Source: Eubacterium sp.
GTDB taxonomy: Bacteria > Bacillota > Clostridia > Peptostreptococcales > Anaerovoracaceae
Direction of reading: 5' to 3'
Assembly: GCA_051893535.1 (NCBI GenBank)
Contig: JBJFHK010000281.1
Span: forward strand, 18,219 to 82,218
DNA: 64,000 bases
The notes under the pieces are model-generated. The model saw only the letters and a list, made by a program, of their open reading frames with translations, was not told the origin of the DNA and did not search any database. Shown here one piece after another: positions 52,187-62,541 of the stretch (position 1 is its first letter; each line of letters begins with the position of its first letter). Both the position numbers and the translations under genes were made by a program.

Positions 52187-53071
52187 ATGAATTTACAGCA
52201 GATTAAGGTTTTTAATGCAATCGTTGAAGAAGGACAATATACCCGGGCCGGAGAAGCGCTGGGCTACACACAGTCCAGAGTTACGCAGATGATGAAGGCT
52301 TTCGAGGAAGAAACTGGTTTTTCATGTTTTATCAAGACGCGTAACGGTGCAGAACTTACCCAGTCGGGAAAGCTGATTCTCCCCTATGTAAAACAGATCC
52401 TTGCTGACCTGGAAAGATTTAATTCAGAAATCGATGATCTGAACGGGCTCAAGAAAGGTTCGCTGAAAATCGGGACACATATCAGCTGCTCGATTGCATG
52501 GCTTCCCTATGTGATGAGTTCTTTCCAGATTAAATACCCGGACATAGAAACGGCAATTGTCGAAGGCGGACAGCAGTCGATTATCAATGATATCAAGAAT
52601 CATAATGTGGATTTTGGAATTATCAGCAGACCGGATGATGAATCGGTAGATTTCATTCCACTGTATGAAGACCCGATCGTCGTTGCCATGCCTGATGATG
52701 ATCAATTAAGCGAGTATGGGAGAATTCCCATGTCCGCACTTGATGGGTGCTCCTTTGTCATCTCTGATTCTGTGTTCGACAGCGATTCAGAGAAGGTATT
52801 AACCAATTCCGATATCGACTACAACATTGAGTTTACACTGCGAAATGACTTCGCAATCATGTCTATGGTTAGAAATGGAATCGGCATCAGCATCATGCCA
52901 GAGCTGGTTCTGAAGAATTTTCTGCCTGGAGATCTGACTTACCGGGAACTTGAGCCGTCCGTTTCCAGAACTCTTGGAATCGGTATGATCTCAAGAGACG
53001 TGCTCGGACCTGTCGGAAAGACCTTTATAAAGGAGCTGACCGGTGTAGTGCGTCGCAGAATGAAGGAATAA
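52187..53071 (+). CDS. LysR family transcriptional regulator
   Basis: MNLQQIKVF..YTRAGEALGYTQSRVT HTH; MVRNGIGISIMP. Confidence 0.93.
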   Translation: MNLQQIKVFNAIVEEGQYTRAGEALGYTQSRVTQMMKAFEEETGFSCFIKTRNGAELTQSGKLILPYVKQILADLERFNSEIDDLNGLKKGSLKIGTHISCSIAWLPYVMSSFQIKYPDIETAIVEGGQQSIINDIKNHNVDFGIISRPDDESVDFIPLYEDPIVVAMPDDDQLSEYGRIPMSALDGCSFVISDSVFDSDSEKVLTNSDIDYNIEFTLRNDFAIMSMVRNGIGISIMPELVLKNFLPGDLTYRELEPSVSRTLGIGMISRDVLGPVGKTFIKELTGVVRRRMKE

Positions 53072-53543
53072 GTTTTTCGTACTGCCGCGCAGCCGACAGT
53101 GCCATTGTCAGGCTTGTGCGGCCGGATGGGGAGATCCCCTGTCCATTCGTCTGTCATTGATTGTCAGTTTTTCTTATACACATATTTGATTGCGGCAGTT
53201 TCTGCCGCAGAAAAAGCTTTTTCCCACTGTATAAATTTTATGCGGTGTCCGGGAGAAAGCTTTTTTGTTGTCCTGCAGGCAGGATCTCCGGCATTTCTCC
53301 TCTCCATTGGTATTCTTCCGAGATTCTGATAAAATGGATACAGTCTGCCATGGGAGTGTTTTTCTGCAGTTTGGATCGTTCGAATTTCGCAGGAGAAATC
53401 GGAACTTTAGGATACTGTATACAGACAAAGCCCGGTGCAGAAGATTTAAATCAATATCGCCGCATCTTTGCGGCAGCGCATTGTAAGCGTTTAAATAGTG
53501 AATGCCAATAATAACATATACAGGTTCATCGGGAGTAAAGGAA

Positions 53544-54848
53544 ATGAGTCAGGAATCAGAATTAGAAGAACTGCGGAATAAAGTTTTGGAAACGCTGCGG
53601 CGCATCCGTCCTCTGGATGAAGAGGCCATGGATTCTGCCCGTGAGCGTGAGCGGTCGCTGGCGAAGGTTCCGGGAAGTCTCGGACGGCTGGAGGATATTG
53701 CTGTTCAGATTGCGGGAATTACCGGAAGACCGCATGGGAATCCGCTGAAGAAGCAGGCGGTTCTGCTGATGTCGGCGGATCATGGGGTTGCCGCAGAAGG
53801 GGTTGCCTCTGCGCCGCAGACGGTGACGACAAGCCAGACGGTGAATTTTACCAGAAGGATTACCGGAATCGGATCACTGGCGAAGTATTTTGACATCGAC
53901 CTTCTGGTGACCGATCTGGGAATGCGCATCCCTGCCCCGCCGGAGTATTACACCGATCAGATGCTGACAGAAGACGGAAAAATCACCGGGAAAATCGTCA
54001 ACCGCAGACTCGCTGCAGGAACAAAAGATCTTTTGAAGGAGCCTGCCATGAGTGAAAAGCAGCTTCTGCAGGCGGTTCTTACAGGAATGGAAGCCGCAGA
54101 CGCGGCAGTTTCCGCAGGCGTGCAGCTTCTCGGAGTCGGTGAAATGGGAATCGGAAACACCACGCCGTCCTCTGCCCTGCTCTGCTGCCTGACCGGGATG
54201 CCGGCAGAAAAACTGGTGGGCCGAGGCGGCGGTCTGAACGATGAGGGCCTGAAACGCAAGGTTCAGGTTGTTCACGATTCGGTTGAACGCTGCATGGCGG
54301 AAGCCGGCTATGGCCTGCAGGATTTCCTTTCACAGGTGAAAGGAAAAACAGTGAAAACTCCGATTTCGGCGGACCAGCAGCAGATTCTGGAATTCCGTGC
54401 CTCTGCTGGCCTGGAGCTCCTCCGGCAGCTTGGAGGCTTTGAAATTGCCGCGATGACAGGCGCCTATCTTTCTGCTGCTGCCCACCGGATTCCGACGGTC
54501 GTCGACGGCTTTATTTCCGCGGCTGCAGCGCTTGCGGCCTGCGAGATTGCACCGGATACGGCAGAGTATCTGTTTGCGTCGCACTGCTCTACAGAGCCGG
54601 GATATCTGGCCGCGGTTTCCGCGATGGGTCTGCACCCTTCCCTGGATCTGCAGATGCGCCTTGGCGAAGGCAGCGGCTGTCCTCTGATGTTTAAGGTCAT
54701 GGAAGCTGCCTGTGCATCGATGGATCTGATGGGGACGCTGGCAGAGGGCCAGATTGACAGTGATTATCTGGATAAGATGACGAAGCACGATTACACCGGA
54801 GGAGCGGAAAGTCAGGCGGGAAACGGGCGTGATTCCCTAAACAGCTGA
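53544..54848 (+). CDS. cobT: Nicotinate-nucleotide:dimethylbenzimidazole phosphoribosyltransferase
   Basis: GSLGRLE, ADHGV, GEMGIGNTT, VVDGFI, MRLGEGSG. Confidence 0.93.
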   Translation: MSQESELEELRNKVLETLRRIRPLDEEAMDSARERERSLAKVPGSLGRLEDIAVQIAGITGRPHGNPLKKQAVLLMSADHGVAAEGVASAPQTVTTSQTVNFTRRITGIGSLAKYFDIDLLVTDLGMRIPAPPEYYTDQMLTEDGKITGKIVNRRLAAGTKDLLKEPAMSEKQLLQAVLTGMEAADAAVSAGVQLLGVGEMGIGNTTPSSALLCCLTGMPAEKLVGRGGGLNDEGLKRKVQVVHDSVERCMAEAGYGLQDFLSQVKGKTVKTPISADQQQILEFRASAGLELLRQLGGFEIAAMTGAYLSAAAHRIPTVVDGFISAAAALAACEIAPDTAEYLFASHCSTEPGYLAAVSAMGLHPSLDLQMRLGEGSGCPLMFKVMEAACASMDLMGTLAEGQIDSDYLDKMTKHDYTGGAESQAGNGRDSLNS

Positions 54849-54882
54849 ATTTTGTCCCCAAAAGAAAGTAAACGGAGGTAAA

Positions 54883-55413
54883 ATGCATTATTTCATCGGC
54901 GGCGGCGCAAAGAGCGGAAAATCGATGCGTGCGCAGAGGATTGCGCGGAAAATGGCGGAGGAGAAGCGAGTCCCGATGTATTATCTTGCGGTGATGGATC
55001 CGCAGGATGAAGAGGATCTGGAGAGGATCCGCGGGCATCGGAAGGCGCGTGAAGGCTGGGGTTTTCAGACACTGGAAGAGTCTTACGACATTCCGCGGGT
55101 CCTGGAAACGGCAGATGCGGACGGCGTGTTTCTGCTGGACAGCGTGACGGCACTTCTGGCGAATGTGATGTTCCGCGGAGGCCAGATCAGTCAGACGGCC
55201 GGAGACGAGGTCCTGCAGCAGCTTCTGACGTTTGCGGACAGGACGGAGAATACGATTTTTGTGTCGGATAATGTGTTTTCTGATGCGGCGCTGTATGATC
55301 CGGTGACGGAGGCTTACCGGCGGGCAATGGGGAGGATTGGAATCGCCCTGGCGGAGCGGTGCGGGATTGTTGAAGAGGTCTCGGCCGGAATTGTAAAACG
55401 CTGGAAAGGCTGA
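54883..55413 (+). CDS. cobU: Adenosylcobinamide kinase/phosphate guanylyltransferase
   Basis: GGAKSGKS P-loop, RIRGHRKAR, LLDSVTALLAN. Confidence 0.85.
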   Translation: MHYFIGGGAKSGKSMRAQRIARKMAEEKRVPMYYLAVMDPQDEEDLERIRGHRKAREGWGFQTLEESYDIPRVLETADADGVFLLDSVTALLANVMFRGGQISQTAGDEVLQQLLTFADRTENTIFVSDNVFSDAALYDPVTEAYRRAMGRIGIALAERCGIVEEVSAGIVKRWKG

Positions 55414-55528
55414 TTTTTGCGGCGTGGGAAGGAAGGCAGGCCCGGGACTGTGAAGTACCGCTCTGCATCAGGATAATATAATAAGGTTACTGAACAGAAA
55501 ATAACGGAGACAGACAGGAATTTTTAAT

Positions 55529-56665
55529 ATGGACGAACAGAATAATGAACAGAACAACAAGAAAAACCTCACGGCGCTGTTTATGGCCTGGGGAAATTTC
55601 ACGGTGATCCCCTGCCCTTACAAGCACTGGGACAGCCGGCTGAACCACCGGATGCTGATGTTTCTGCCGGTCATCGGTGCGGTGATCGGAGTTGTGTGGA
55701 TTGTCTGCCTGACCCTGCTGCGCTGGATCGGGCTGCCTTACCTGCTCCTGGCAGCATCGGCGGAGTTTCTCATTTTCCGGCTCTGTGGATACATGCATCT
55801 GGACGGATTTATGGACGTCAGCGACGCGGTGATGTCGCGCAGGTCTCTAGAGGAACGGCAGCGGATTCTGAAGGACTCACGGGTCGGCGCGTTTGCGGTA
55901 ATCTGCCTGCTGTCTCTCCTGCTGGTGTGGTTTGCGGCTTCCGTCAGCCTGTTTTCAGCCCTTGGACGGGCGACAACGGACAGCCTGGATATTCAGAACG
56001 CCGCGGCCCTCCTTCCCTATTTCCTGATTCTGATTCCGGTCTTCAGCCGGGCCTGTGCCGGCCGGATGGTTCTGACCTACGATCCGATCCGGTCCAGTCA
56101 GTACGTTCAGGGAAATTCCGATCCGGGAAAGAAGAAATACAGAATCGGGATATATATTCTGGTCCTCGTTCTGGAGGTTGTATTTTGTATACTTCTGTGT
56201 GCGCTGGCCGTCCGGAAGCAGGCGCTGTTCGGCGCGTATAAGTATCTGCGCGCGCTTCAGATCCGGCGTGGTGTGCGTCCTTCCTACGCAGGTTACGCGG
56301 CAATGCATATTTCCGCATCATCAGCGGCGCTTCTGCACGGATTCGGCAAAATATGGGCCGGAACGAAGCTGCTGATTCCCCACTCCGCATCCGTGGTGAT
56401 ATCCGCAGGAGGCATGAATATGGCGGATAAATTTTTGTATCAGGGAATCGCGGAATCATTCGGAAGTTTATCCATAAAAATCGGGCTGGTCCCTTGCGGA
56501 CTGATTTTTGCCGCCGTGATGCTTGCGGTGATGTGGACAGCCGGATGGCTCGCCTGCCGCCACGCGCGCAGACAGCTGGGCGGAATGAACGGCGACATTG
56601 CGGGATACACCATCTGCATCAGCGAACTGGCGGGAATCATCCTGCTGGCCTTCTTCTACATGTAG
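55529..56665 (+). CDS. cobS: Adenosylcobinamide-GDP ribazoletransferase with a large insertion
   Basis: FTVIP, HLDGFMDVSD, ILKDSRVGAF, LGGMNGDIAG. Confidence 0.9.
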   Translation: MDEQNNEQNNKKNLTALFMAWGNFTVIPCPYKHWDSRLNHRMLMFLPVIGAVIGVVWIVCLTLLRWIGLPYLLLAASAEFLIFRLCGYMHLDGFMDVSDAVMSRRSLEERQRILKDSRVGAFAVICLLSLLLVWFAASVSLFSALGRATTDSLDIQNAAALLPYFLILIPVFSRACAGRMVLTYDPIRSSQYVQGNSDPGKKKYRIGIYILVLVLEVVFCILLCALAVRKQALFGAYKYLRALQIRRGVRPSYAGYAAMHISASSAALLHGFGKIWAGTKLLIPHSASVVISAGGMNMADKFLYQGIAESFGSLSIKIGLVPCGLIFAAVMLAVMWTAGWLACRHARRQLGGMNGDIAGYTICISELAGIILLAFFYM

Positions 56666-56868
56666 GGACAAAATGTAACGCGCAAGAGGCCCGGTCAGGC
56701 AGCCCGGCCTCTGTGAAACTCCCGGGAATCCGACTGCAGATGCGGCATAAATAAAGAGAAATTATGGAATGATTTAATGCTGTAATGTGTTAAAGTGAAC
56801 AAATAAATCCCGGATATTTCATGTGAATACACTGGAAAACCCTGTAAATACAAGATTTTGGAGGAAAA

Positions 56869-57318
56869 ATGATCCTTATTTTCGGCGGTGCGTATCAAGG
56901 CAAAAAAGAATATGTTATAAATAAATACAAGTTAACGGATGCTCAGATCTATAACTGCGAAAACCCTGATAAATACAGGAATTTAGAATGTACCGGCGGC
57001 GCCGGAGAGCTGACGGCCGCGGCAGGGTCGTTTTCTGCGGCGGATCATCTGGAAGCCTGGATTCTGCGGGAAATCAGGGAAAAGCGGAATCCTGAGGACG
57101 AGCTTCAGGATGTGCTGGACAGCGGCTGCTGGGAGGATCAGATCGTGATCTGCACGGACATCACGCAGGGAATCGTGCCGATTGACGCGGAAATGCGGAA
57201 GTGGAGAGATCAGACGGGAAAATGTCTGCAGCTCCTGGCTTCCCGCGCGGACGAGGCTGTACGGGTGTTCTGTGGCATCGGCGAAACGGTGAAAGTCAGC
57301 AGAGACCGGACGGTCTGA
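56869..57318 (+). CDS. Short CobU-like protein (degenerate P-loop)
   Basis: LIFGGAYQGK, GIVPID..RKWR, RVFCGI. Confidence 0.8.
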   Translation: MILIFGGAYQGKKEYVINKYKLTDAQIYNCENPDKYRNLECTGGAGELTAAAGSFSAADHLEAWILREIREKRNPEDELQDVLDSGCWEDQIVICTDITQGIVPIDAEMRKWRDQTGKCLQLLASRADEAVRVFCGIGETVKVSRDRTV

Positions 57319-57357
57319 GTGTCAGAGGGTAATTGGAAGTTTGCACGGAGGGAGAAT

Positions 57358-58182
57358 ATGCAGTCGGAGATTGTATTGCTGAGGCATGGAGTTACAGAAG
57401 GAAATCAGAAGCACTGGTTTTATGGCGGAATTGATATCCCGCTGACAGCTGAAGGCGTGCAGCAGCTGAAAGCACTGCGCGGGCGCGGTGTGTATCCGGC
57501 TCTTCCGGCCTGCACACAGGTATTTACAACCGGACTTCAGCGTACAGATCAGACGCTGCAGGCGGTGTACGGTGATCTTCCGCACGGCACGATCCGGGAA
57601 CTGCAGGAATACCAGTTTGGAAAATTTGAGGGACATTCCTTCCAGGAGCTGCAGAACGATCCGGAGTTCATGGAATGGGTAAATGATACGACCTATGAAA
57701 AACATCTGGAGGGCGGCGATTCCAGAGGGAGCTTTACGCGGCGCGTCCTGACTGGAGGTGACATTCTCCTGTCCAAGCACGAAGGATTCTGTGAGAAGGC
57801 GGCTCGTGAAGCTAGCTCTAAAGCTGCCAGCGGCCCGAACGGAGCGGCCGGTATCCGGAAAACGGAAACAAAACTGCAGGACGGTCTGGAAGAGCGCGGA
57901 GAAGACAATGGTCTGCCGCAGGTTCTGCTCCCGAAAGACATGCCGAAAAAGAAGGAGCCGCCGGTTCTCAGCGGCCCTGCAACCCTGGCAGTATGCCACG
58001 GCGGCGTCATTTCCCAGCTGATGAGAAGCTGGTTTGAGCGCCCAGATGAAGAAATCTGGGAATGGGTTCCGGCACCGGGACTCGGATACGTCGTCCGCCT
58101 GGAAGATGGAAGGCCGCAGAGCTATGAGATGTTTGGCGCGGCGGAGACGCTGGACCAGGGAATAATGGAAGAAGATAAATAA
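57358..58182 (+). CDS. cobC: Histidine phosphatase (alpha-ribazole phosphatase, CobC-like)
   Basis: LLRHG, E..FGKFEG, VCHGGVI; last gene of the cob operon. Confidence 0.75.
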   Translation: MQSEIVLLRHGVTEGNQKHWFYGGIDIPLTAEGVQQLKALRGRGVYPALPACTQVFTTGLQRTDQTLQAVYGDLPHGTIRELQEYQFGKFEGHSFQELQNDPEFMEWVNDTTYEKHLEGGDSRGSFTRRVLTGGDILLSKHEGFCEKAAREASSKAASGPNGAAGIRKTETKLQDGLEERGEDNGLPQVLLPKDMPKKKEPPVLSGPATLAVCHGGVISQLMRSWFERPDEEIWEWVPAPGLGYVVRLEDGRPQSYEMFGAAETLDQGIMEEDK

Positions 58183-58284
58183 GAAAGTATGCAGCGGCCG
58201 CTGCCTCAGGGATTAAGAATTCACCCGGGGCGGCGGTCGTTTTTGTTTCTGCACGTATGGCCTGCACTTGTAATTGCATATTCG

Positions 58285-58359
58285 TAACGAAAACTTTATT
58301 TTATTTAAAGTTTAGGGTATTTATAACGAAAACTTTACGAAATTAAAAGTTTAGGGTAT
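58285..58359. repeat. Two 36-bp direct repeats, each internally palindromic, in the ATPase promoter
   Basis: TAACGAAAACTTTA-N8-AAAGTTTAGGGTAT at 58285 and 58324. Confidence 0.85.
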
Positions 58360-58385
58360 GATTAAACAAAGAAGGGAGGTCAGTT

Positions 58386-59705
58386 ATGCAGAAAAGGATG
58401 GAAGAATTGAAACCTAGAGACCTATATCTGCGCAAGCTCATAGGATTCCAGGATACGGAACCAGTGAAAGTGATCACGGGGATCAGACGCTGCGGAAAGT
58501 CCAGCCTGTTAAAGCTGATGCAGAAGCATCTCCTGGATACCGGGGTTTCTGAAAATCAGATTATTTCCATGAACTTTGAATCCATGGAATTCCGACGGAT
58601 GGATGTTGATGCGTTTTATCAGTATGTGAAAGGGAAAGTACTTCCGGATAAGAGAATGTACCTCTTTTTTGATGAGCTCCAGAGATTAGATCAGTGGGAG
58701 GATGCAGTTAATTCGTTCCGTGTGGACTTCGACTGCGATATCTATATTACAGGTTCGAATGCCTATCTGCTTTCTTCTGAGTACTCGACTTATCTGACAG
58801 GAAGATATGTTGAAATAAAGATGCTCCCGCTCTCATTCAGCGAATTCGCTGTATTTAACAATTACGAAATCAGGGATTATGAGACGCCTGGCGGGGAGCT
58901 GAAGAAAAGGGCATATGATGCTGACGGAGAAGCTGTGGAATGGAGTGAACTCTTCGAAGCCTATCTTCATTATGGCGGGATGCCGGGAATCGAAGATGTG
59001 GGTCTTTTCCAGGATCGGGCACTGGCCCTTCTCGATGGAATCTATTCGACGGTCGTTGTAAGAGATATTCTGGAAAGGGAGAAGCGGCGGGGCCGCAGGC
59101 AGATTACTGATCCGGTTCTCCTCCGAAAGATCGTTCTCTTTCTGGCGGATAACATTGGTAATAATACATCCCTGTCTTCTATCAGCAATACTCTGGTGTC
59201 GGAGAGAATGCTGGATGACAGGCCGAAGAAAGGGAAACCGGCGACGCAGACGATTTCCGCTTATGTGGAAGCCCTTCTGGAATCCTATCTCTTTTATGAA
59301 ATCAAGCGCTTTGACATCAAGGGTAAGGAAGAACTGAAAACGCTTGGAAAATACTACATTGTTGACATCGGACTAAGGAATTATCTTCTTGGTTATCGAG
59401 ATGTGGATACTGGCCATATTATTGAAAATATCGTTTTTCTGGAACTGATGCGCCGGGGATACGATGTGGCTGTGGGAAAAATCGATAATAAGGAAATTGA
59501 TTTTATTGCCTGGAAGGATGACGAGAAAATCTACTATCAGGTAACAGAAGATATGACAGCCGAAGGTACAAAGGAGCGTGAGCTGGCGCCGCTCCGGATG
59601 GTAAGGGATAATTACGAAAAAACGATCATCACCCTGAACACACCGTCAACGGCATCGATTGATGGAATTAACATTGTCAGGCTGATAGACTTTCTTACGG
59701 AATAA
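58386..59705 (+). CDS. AAA_14/DUF4143-type ATP-binding protein
   Basis: ITGIRRCGKS, FFDELQ, ITGSNA, TGRY, YGGMP, KYYIVDIG, ENIV, EIDF..YYQV. Confidence 0.9.
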   Translation: MQKRMEELKPRDLYLRKLIGFQDTEPVKVITGIRRCGKSSLLKLMQKHLLDTGVSENQIISMNFESMEFRRMDVDAFYQYVKGKVLPDKRMYLFFDELQRLDQWEDAVNSFRVDFDCDIYITGSNAYLLSSEYSTYLTGRYVEIKMLPLSFSEFAVFNNYEIRDYETPGGELKKRAYDADGEAVEWSELFEAYLHYGGMPGIEDVGLFQDRALALLDGIYSTVVVRDILEREKRRGRRQITDPVLLRKIVLFLADNIGNNTSLSSISNTLVSERMLDDRPKKGKPATQTISAYVEALLESYLFYEIKRFDIKGKEELKTLGKYYIVDIGLRNYLLGYRDVDTGHIIENIVFLELMRRGYDVAVGKIDNKEIDFIAWKDDEKIYYQVTEDMTAEGTKERELAPLRMVRDNYEKTIITLNTPSTASIDGINIVRLIDFLTE

Positions 59706-59783
59706 GAACCCCACCCTTCCACGACGCTAAAGCGTCGGATGGGTGCCCAGGAACCTTGTTGTCGTCTAACGAACAGACAATAG

Positions 59784-59841
59784 AAAAAAGACGCGCTGCA
59801 CAGACTTGTTTCTTTACAATTACTGTGCATCGCGTCTTTTT
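59784..59841. terminator. Bidirectional terminator between the ATPase gene and birA
   Basis: AAAAAGACGCG.TGCACAG...CTGTGCA.CGCGTCTTTTT. Confidence 0.75.
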
Positions 59842-59846
59842 CATCG

Positions 59847-60842
59847 TCATATCCTCGGCACGTTTTCCTGATCATGCAGGCGGATAGAGATTTCTCCAGT
59901 CCGCAGAACTTCACGCGTCCCGGCGTTTTCTCCGTCCAGATATTCCACCAGCAGGCCGCCGTCGTCTTCGATGGCCAGCGCTTTTGCCGGGATCTCTTTA
60001 TCACTGCTGAGCGGGTGGACGTAGATCTGTTCGCCCAGGATGAAGCAGCGGCGGCGGTATTCCGTCAGAAATGAACGGTCTTCCACATCATTCATGATGC
60101 TGCAGACCTGGTTGACGAGTTCCGCGGCCAGAGCGCTGCGGCTGAAGGCGCCGATGTGGTCGGCCAGAGAACCGGCCTTGTGCGCGATTTCCGGCGGGAA
60201 ACTGCCCGGAAAACAGTTGATTCCGATGCCGATGATCAGCCGGTCGATGACGCCGGTTTCCATGTTGGTCTGCGCTTCCGTGAGGATGCCGCAGACTTTT
60301 TTTCTGTTGTAATAGATGTCGTTGACCCACTTGATGTTCGTTTCGATCCCGACGACTTTTTCCACCGCGCGGCAGACCGCTACGGCAGCAGCCATGGTGA
60401 CAAAAGGTGAATGAGCAATAGAGAAATCCGGTTTCATGCCGAAGCTGATATAAATGCCGACTCCTCCGGGAGACTCGAATTTTCTGCCGAGGCGTCCGCG
60501 TCCTCCGGTCTGACGGTTCGCGATCATGACGACCGGGCGGTCTCCCCAGTTTCCGGCTTTTACGAGGTCATTGGTTGACGTAACGGTATCTTTTACGATG
60601 ACATCGATGTCGGCATGCACGTCTTTTTCAACGGCTTCCTGGGTCAGCTGATCCGGAAGTGCCGTCAGGCAGTAGCCGGCCTTGGTGCGGCTTTCGATCG
60701 GATAACCTTCCTCTTTTAAATGGGATACGGCTTTCCAGACGGCGTTACGGGAGACGCCCAGCTGGTCGGCGGCCTGCTGGCCGCTGACAGCATTTCCTAT
60801 ATTTTTTTTCAATAAATCGAGTAAATCGCTTTTGGTCGACAT
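59847..60842 (-). CDS. birA: Bifunctional biotin--protein ligase/repressor
   Basis: N-terminal HTH (SGQQAADQLGVSRNAVWKA), QTGGRGRLGR, KWVND, KVCGILTE. Confidence 0.95.
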   Translation of the reverse strand: MSTKSDLLDLLKKNIGNAVSGQQAADQLGVSRNAVWKAVSHLKEEGYPIESRTKAGYCLTALPDQLTQEAVEKDVHADIDVIVKDTVTSTNDLVKAGNWGDRPVVMIANRQTGGRGRLGRKFESPGGVGIYISFGMKPDFSIAHSPFVTMAAAVAVCRAVEKVVGIETNIKWVNDIYYNRKKVCGILTEAQTNMETGVIDRLIIGIGINCFPGSFPPEIAHKAGSLADHIGAFSRSALAAELVNQVCSIMNDVEDRSFLTEYRRRCFILGEQIYVHPLSSDKEIPAKALAIEDDGGLLVEYLDGENAGTREVLRTGEISIRLHDQENVPRI

Positions 60843-61249
60843 AATTCTTCCTCTTTACATATTCTTGATCGATAATTTTCAGTCATCGGATATAATAGAC
60901 ACATTGCACGGCAGGCAGGGTATTCCCTTGCGAACGCGGATTTTCAAGGGCCCGCAGGGCCAAAAAGTTATCCGCGGCGGGTTTTGTCCGGGACAGGCCG
61001 GGACAAAAATGAATCCGCAGCTGCCGGGGGCGGTGTCTGCGCCGGTTTCAGTATACCACGATCCGGTGGTCAGCGGACGGAAAAACCGCATGATCTCAAC
61101 CGCTCTGGAAGGTGTAGAGTTTTTGAAGAAGTGTATTTCTTCTTTCATTTCTATGCGGTGTATGATAGTATATCTGGATGACGGCTTTCTATTGTCAGCA
61201 TATTATTCACATCATGCTGGGGCTGTCGTTTTGGGGAGGGATGGAGTTT

Positions 61250-62521
61250 ATGGAATCCCATCAAATGGGGATGTATATTGCAGTCATTATTCTTCTGGTC
61301 CTGCTGTCGGCCTGCTTCTCCGCGGCGGAGACGGCATTTACATCGGCGAATAAGATCAGACTGAAGAATATGGCTTCAGACGGAAATAAAAGGGCGGAAC
61401 GCGCGCTGAAACTGATCAACCGCTATGATGATCTGCTGTCAACGATTCTGGTTGGCAACAATATCGCGAATATCACGAATACAGCGGTTGCGACAGTATT
61501 CTTCGTGGGCGTGTTCGGTTCATACGGCGCGACGATCTCTACGGTTGTGATGACGATCATTGTTCTGGTGTTCGGCGAGGTAACGCCGAAAACTCTGGCA
61601 AAGGAATTTCCGGAATCACTGGCGATGTTCTTCGCGTCGCTGTTTCATGCTCTGGTGCTGATTTTCACGCCGGTTAACTGGCTGTTCCGGGAGTGGAAAA
61701 AGCTGCTGCTTCATCTTATTAAGGGTGAAGCGGAACGTGGAATCACGGAGGATGAGCTGATTACCATCGTAGAAGAGGCGGAAACGGAAGGAAGTCTTGA
61801 GTCTGACCAGAGCGAGCTGATTCAGAACGCGATTGAATTCAACGAGCTGGAGGCCTGGGACGTACTGACGCCGCGTGTGGACATCGAGGCGCTGGATGTG
61901 GAAATGACGGAGGAAGAGGTTAATGACGTTTTCCGGAAGACCGGATTTTCCAAGCTGCCGGTTTATGAGGACGACCTGGATAAGATTCTGGGTGTGCTCA
62001 GCCAGAAAGACTTCCACAACTACGTTTATCACAAGCCGAAGACGATTTCCGACTATATCAAGCCGGTGGTGTTCGTAGCGGGATCCATCAAAGCATTCTC
62101 GCTGCTTCAGCGTATGCAGCATGACAAGAGCAAGATCGCGATTGTCGTGGATGAGTACGGTGGTACGACAGGACTGGTCACGATGGAAGATATAATTGAA
62201 GAGCTGGTCGGAGAAATCTACGATGAGCGCGAGGATGTCGGAGCCAGAGACATTACGCCGCTGCAGGACGGAAGTTACCGCGTACTGGGACTGGCGAACG
62301 TTGAAAAGGTCTTCGACTATTTTGATGAAGATATTGACTTTGACGAGACAACGGTAAACGGATGGGTGGTCCGTCAGATTGACCGCCTGCCGAAAACCGG
62401 TGACACGTTCTCGTATGAAACAAATAAGCAGATATTTACCGGAAGAGTTACCAAGGCGGACAGCCGGAAGGCGATTGAAGTCAACCTGCGCGTAACCCCG
62501 AAACCGGATGAAGAGGATTAG
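61250..62521 (+). CDS. Hemolysin/CorC (CNNM/DUF21-CBS) family transporter
   Basis: [51 protein letters not shown]. Confidence 0.92.
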   Translation: MESHQMGMYIAVIILLVLLSACFSAAETAFTSANKIRLKNMASDGNKRAERALKLINRYDDLLSTILVGNNIANITNTAVATVFFVGVFGSYGATISTVVMTIIVLVFGEVTPKTLAKEFPESLAMFFASLFHALVLIFTPVNWLFREWKKLLLHLIKGEAERGITEDELITIVEEAETEGSLESDQSELIQNAIEFNELEAWDVLTPRVDIEALDVEMTEEEVNDVFRKTGFSKLPVYEDDLDKILGVLSQKDFHNYVYHKPKTISDYIKPVVFVAGSIKAFSLLQRMQHDKSKIAIVVDEYGGTTGLVTMEDIIEELVGEIYDEREDVGARDITPLQDGSYRVLGLANVEKVFDYFDEDIDFDETTVNGWVVRQIDRLPKTGDTFSYETNKQIFTGRVTKADSRKAIEVNLRVTPKPDEED

Positions 62522-62541
62522 AAAAGGAGGACTCAGGCAGA

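Noticed and set aside
53072-53543. Cobalamin riboswitch upstream of cobT
   Set aside because: No recognisable B12-box or GGGAA/GCCACTG elements by eye; an Infernal scan would be decisive.
54883-57318. Two CobU-like genes in one operon
   Set aside because: This arrangement is common in Clostridia and not novel.
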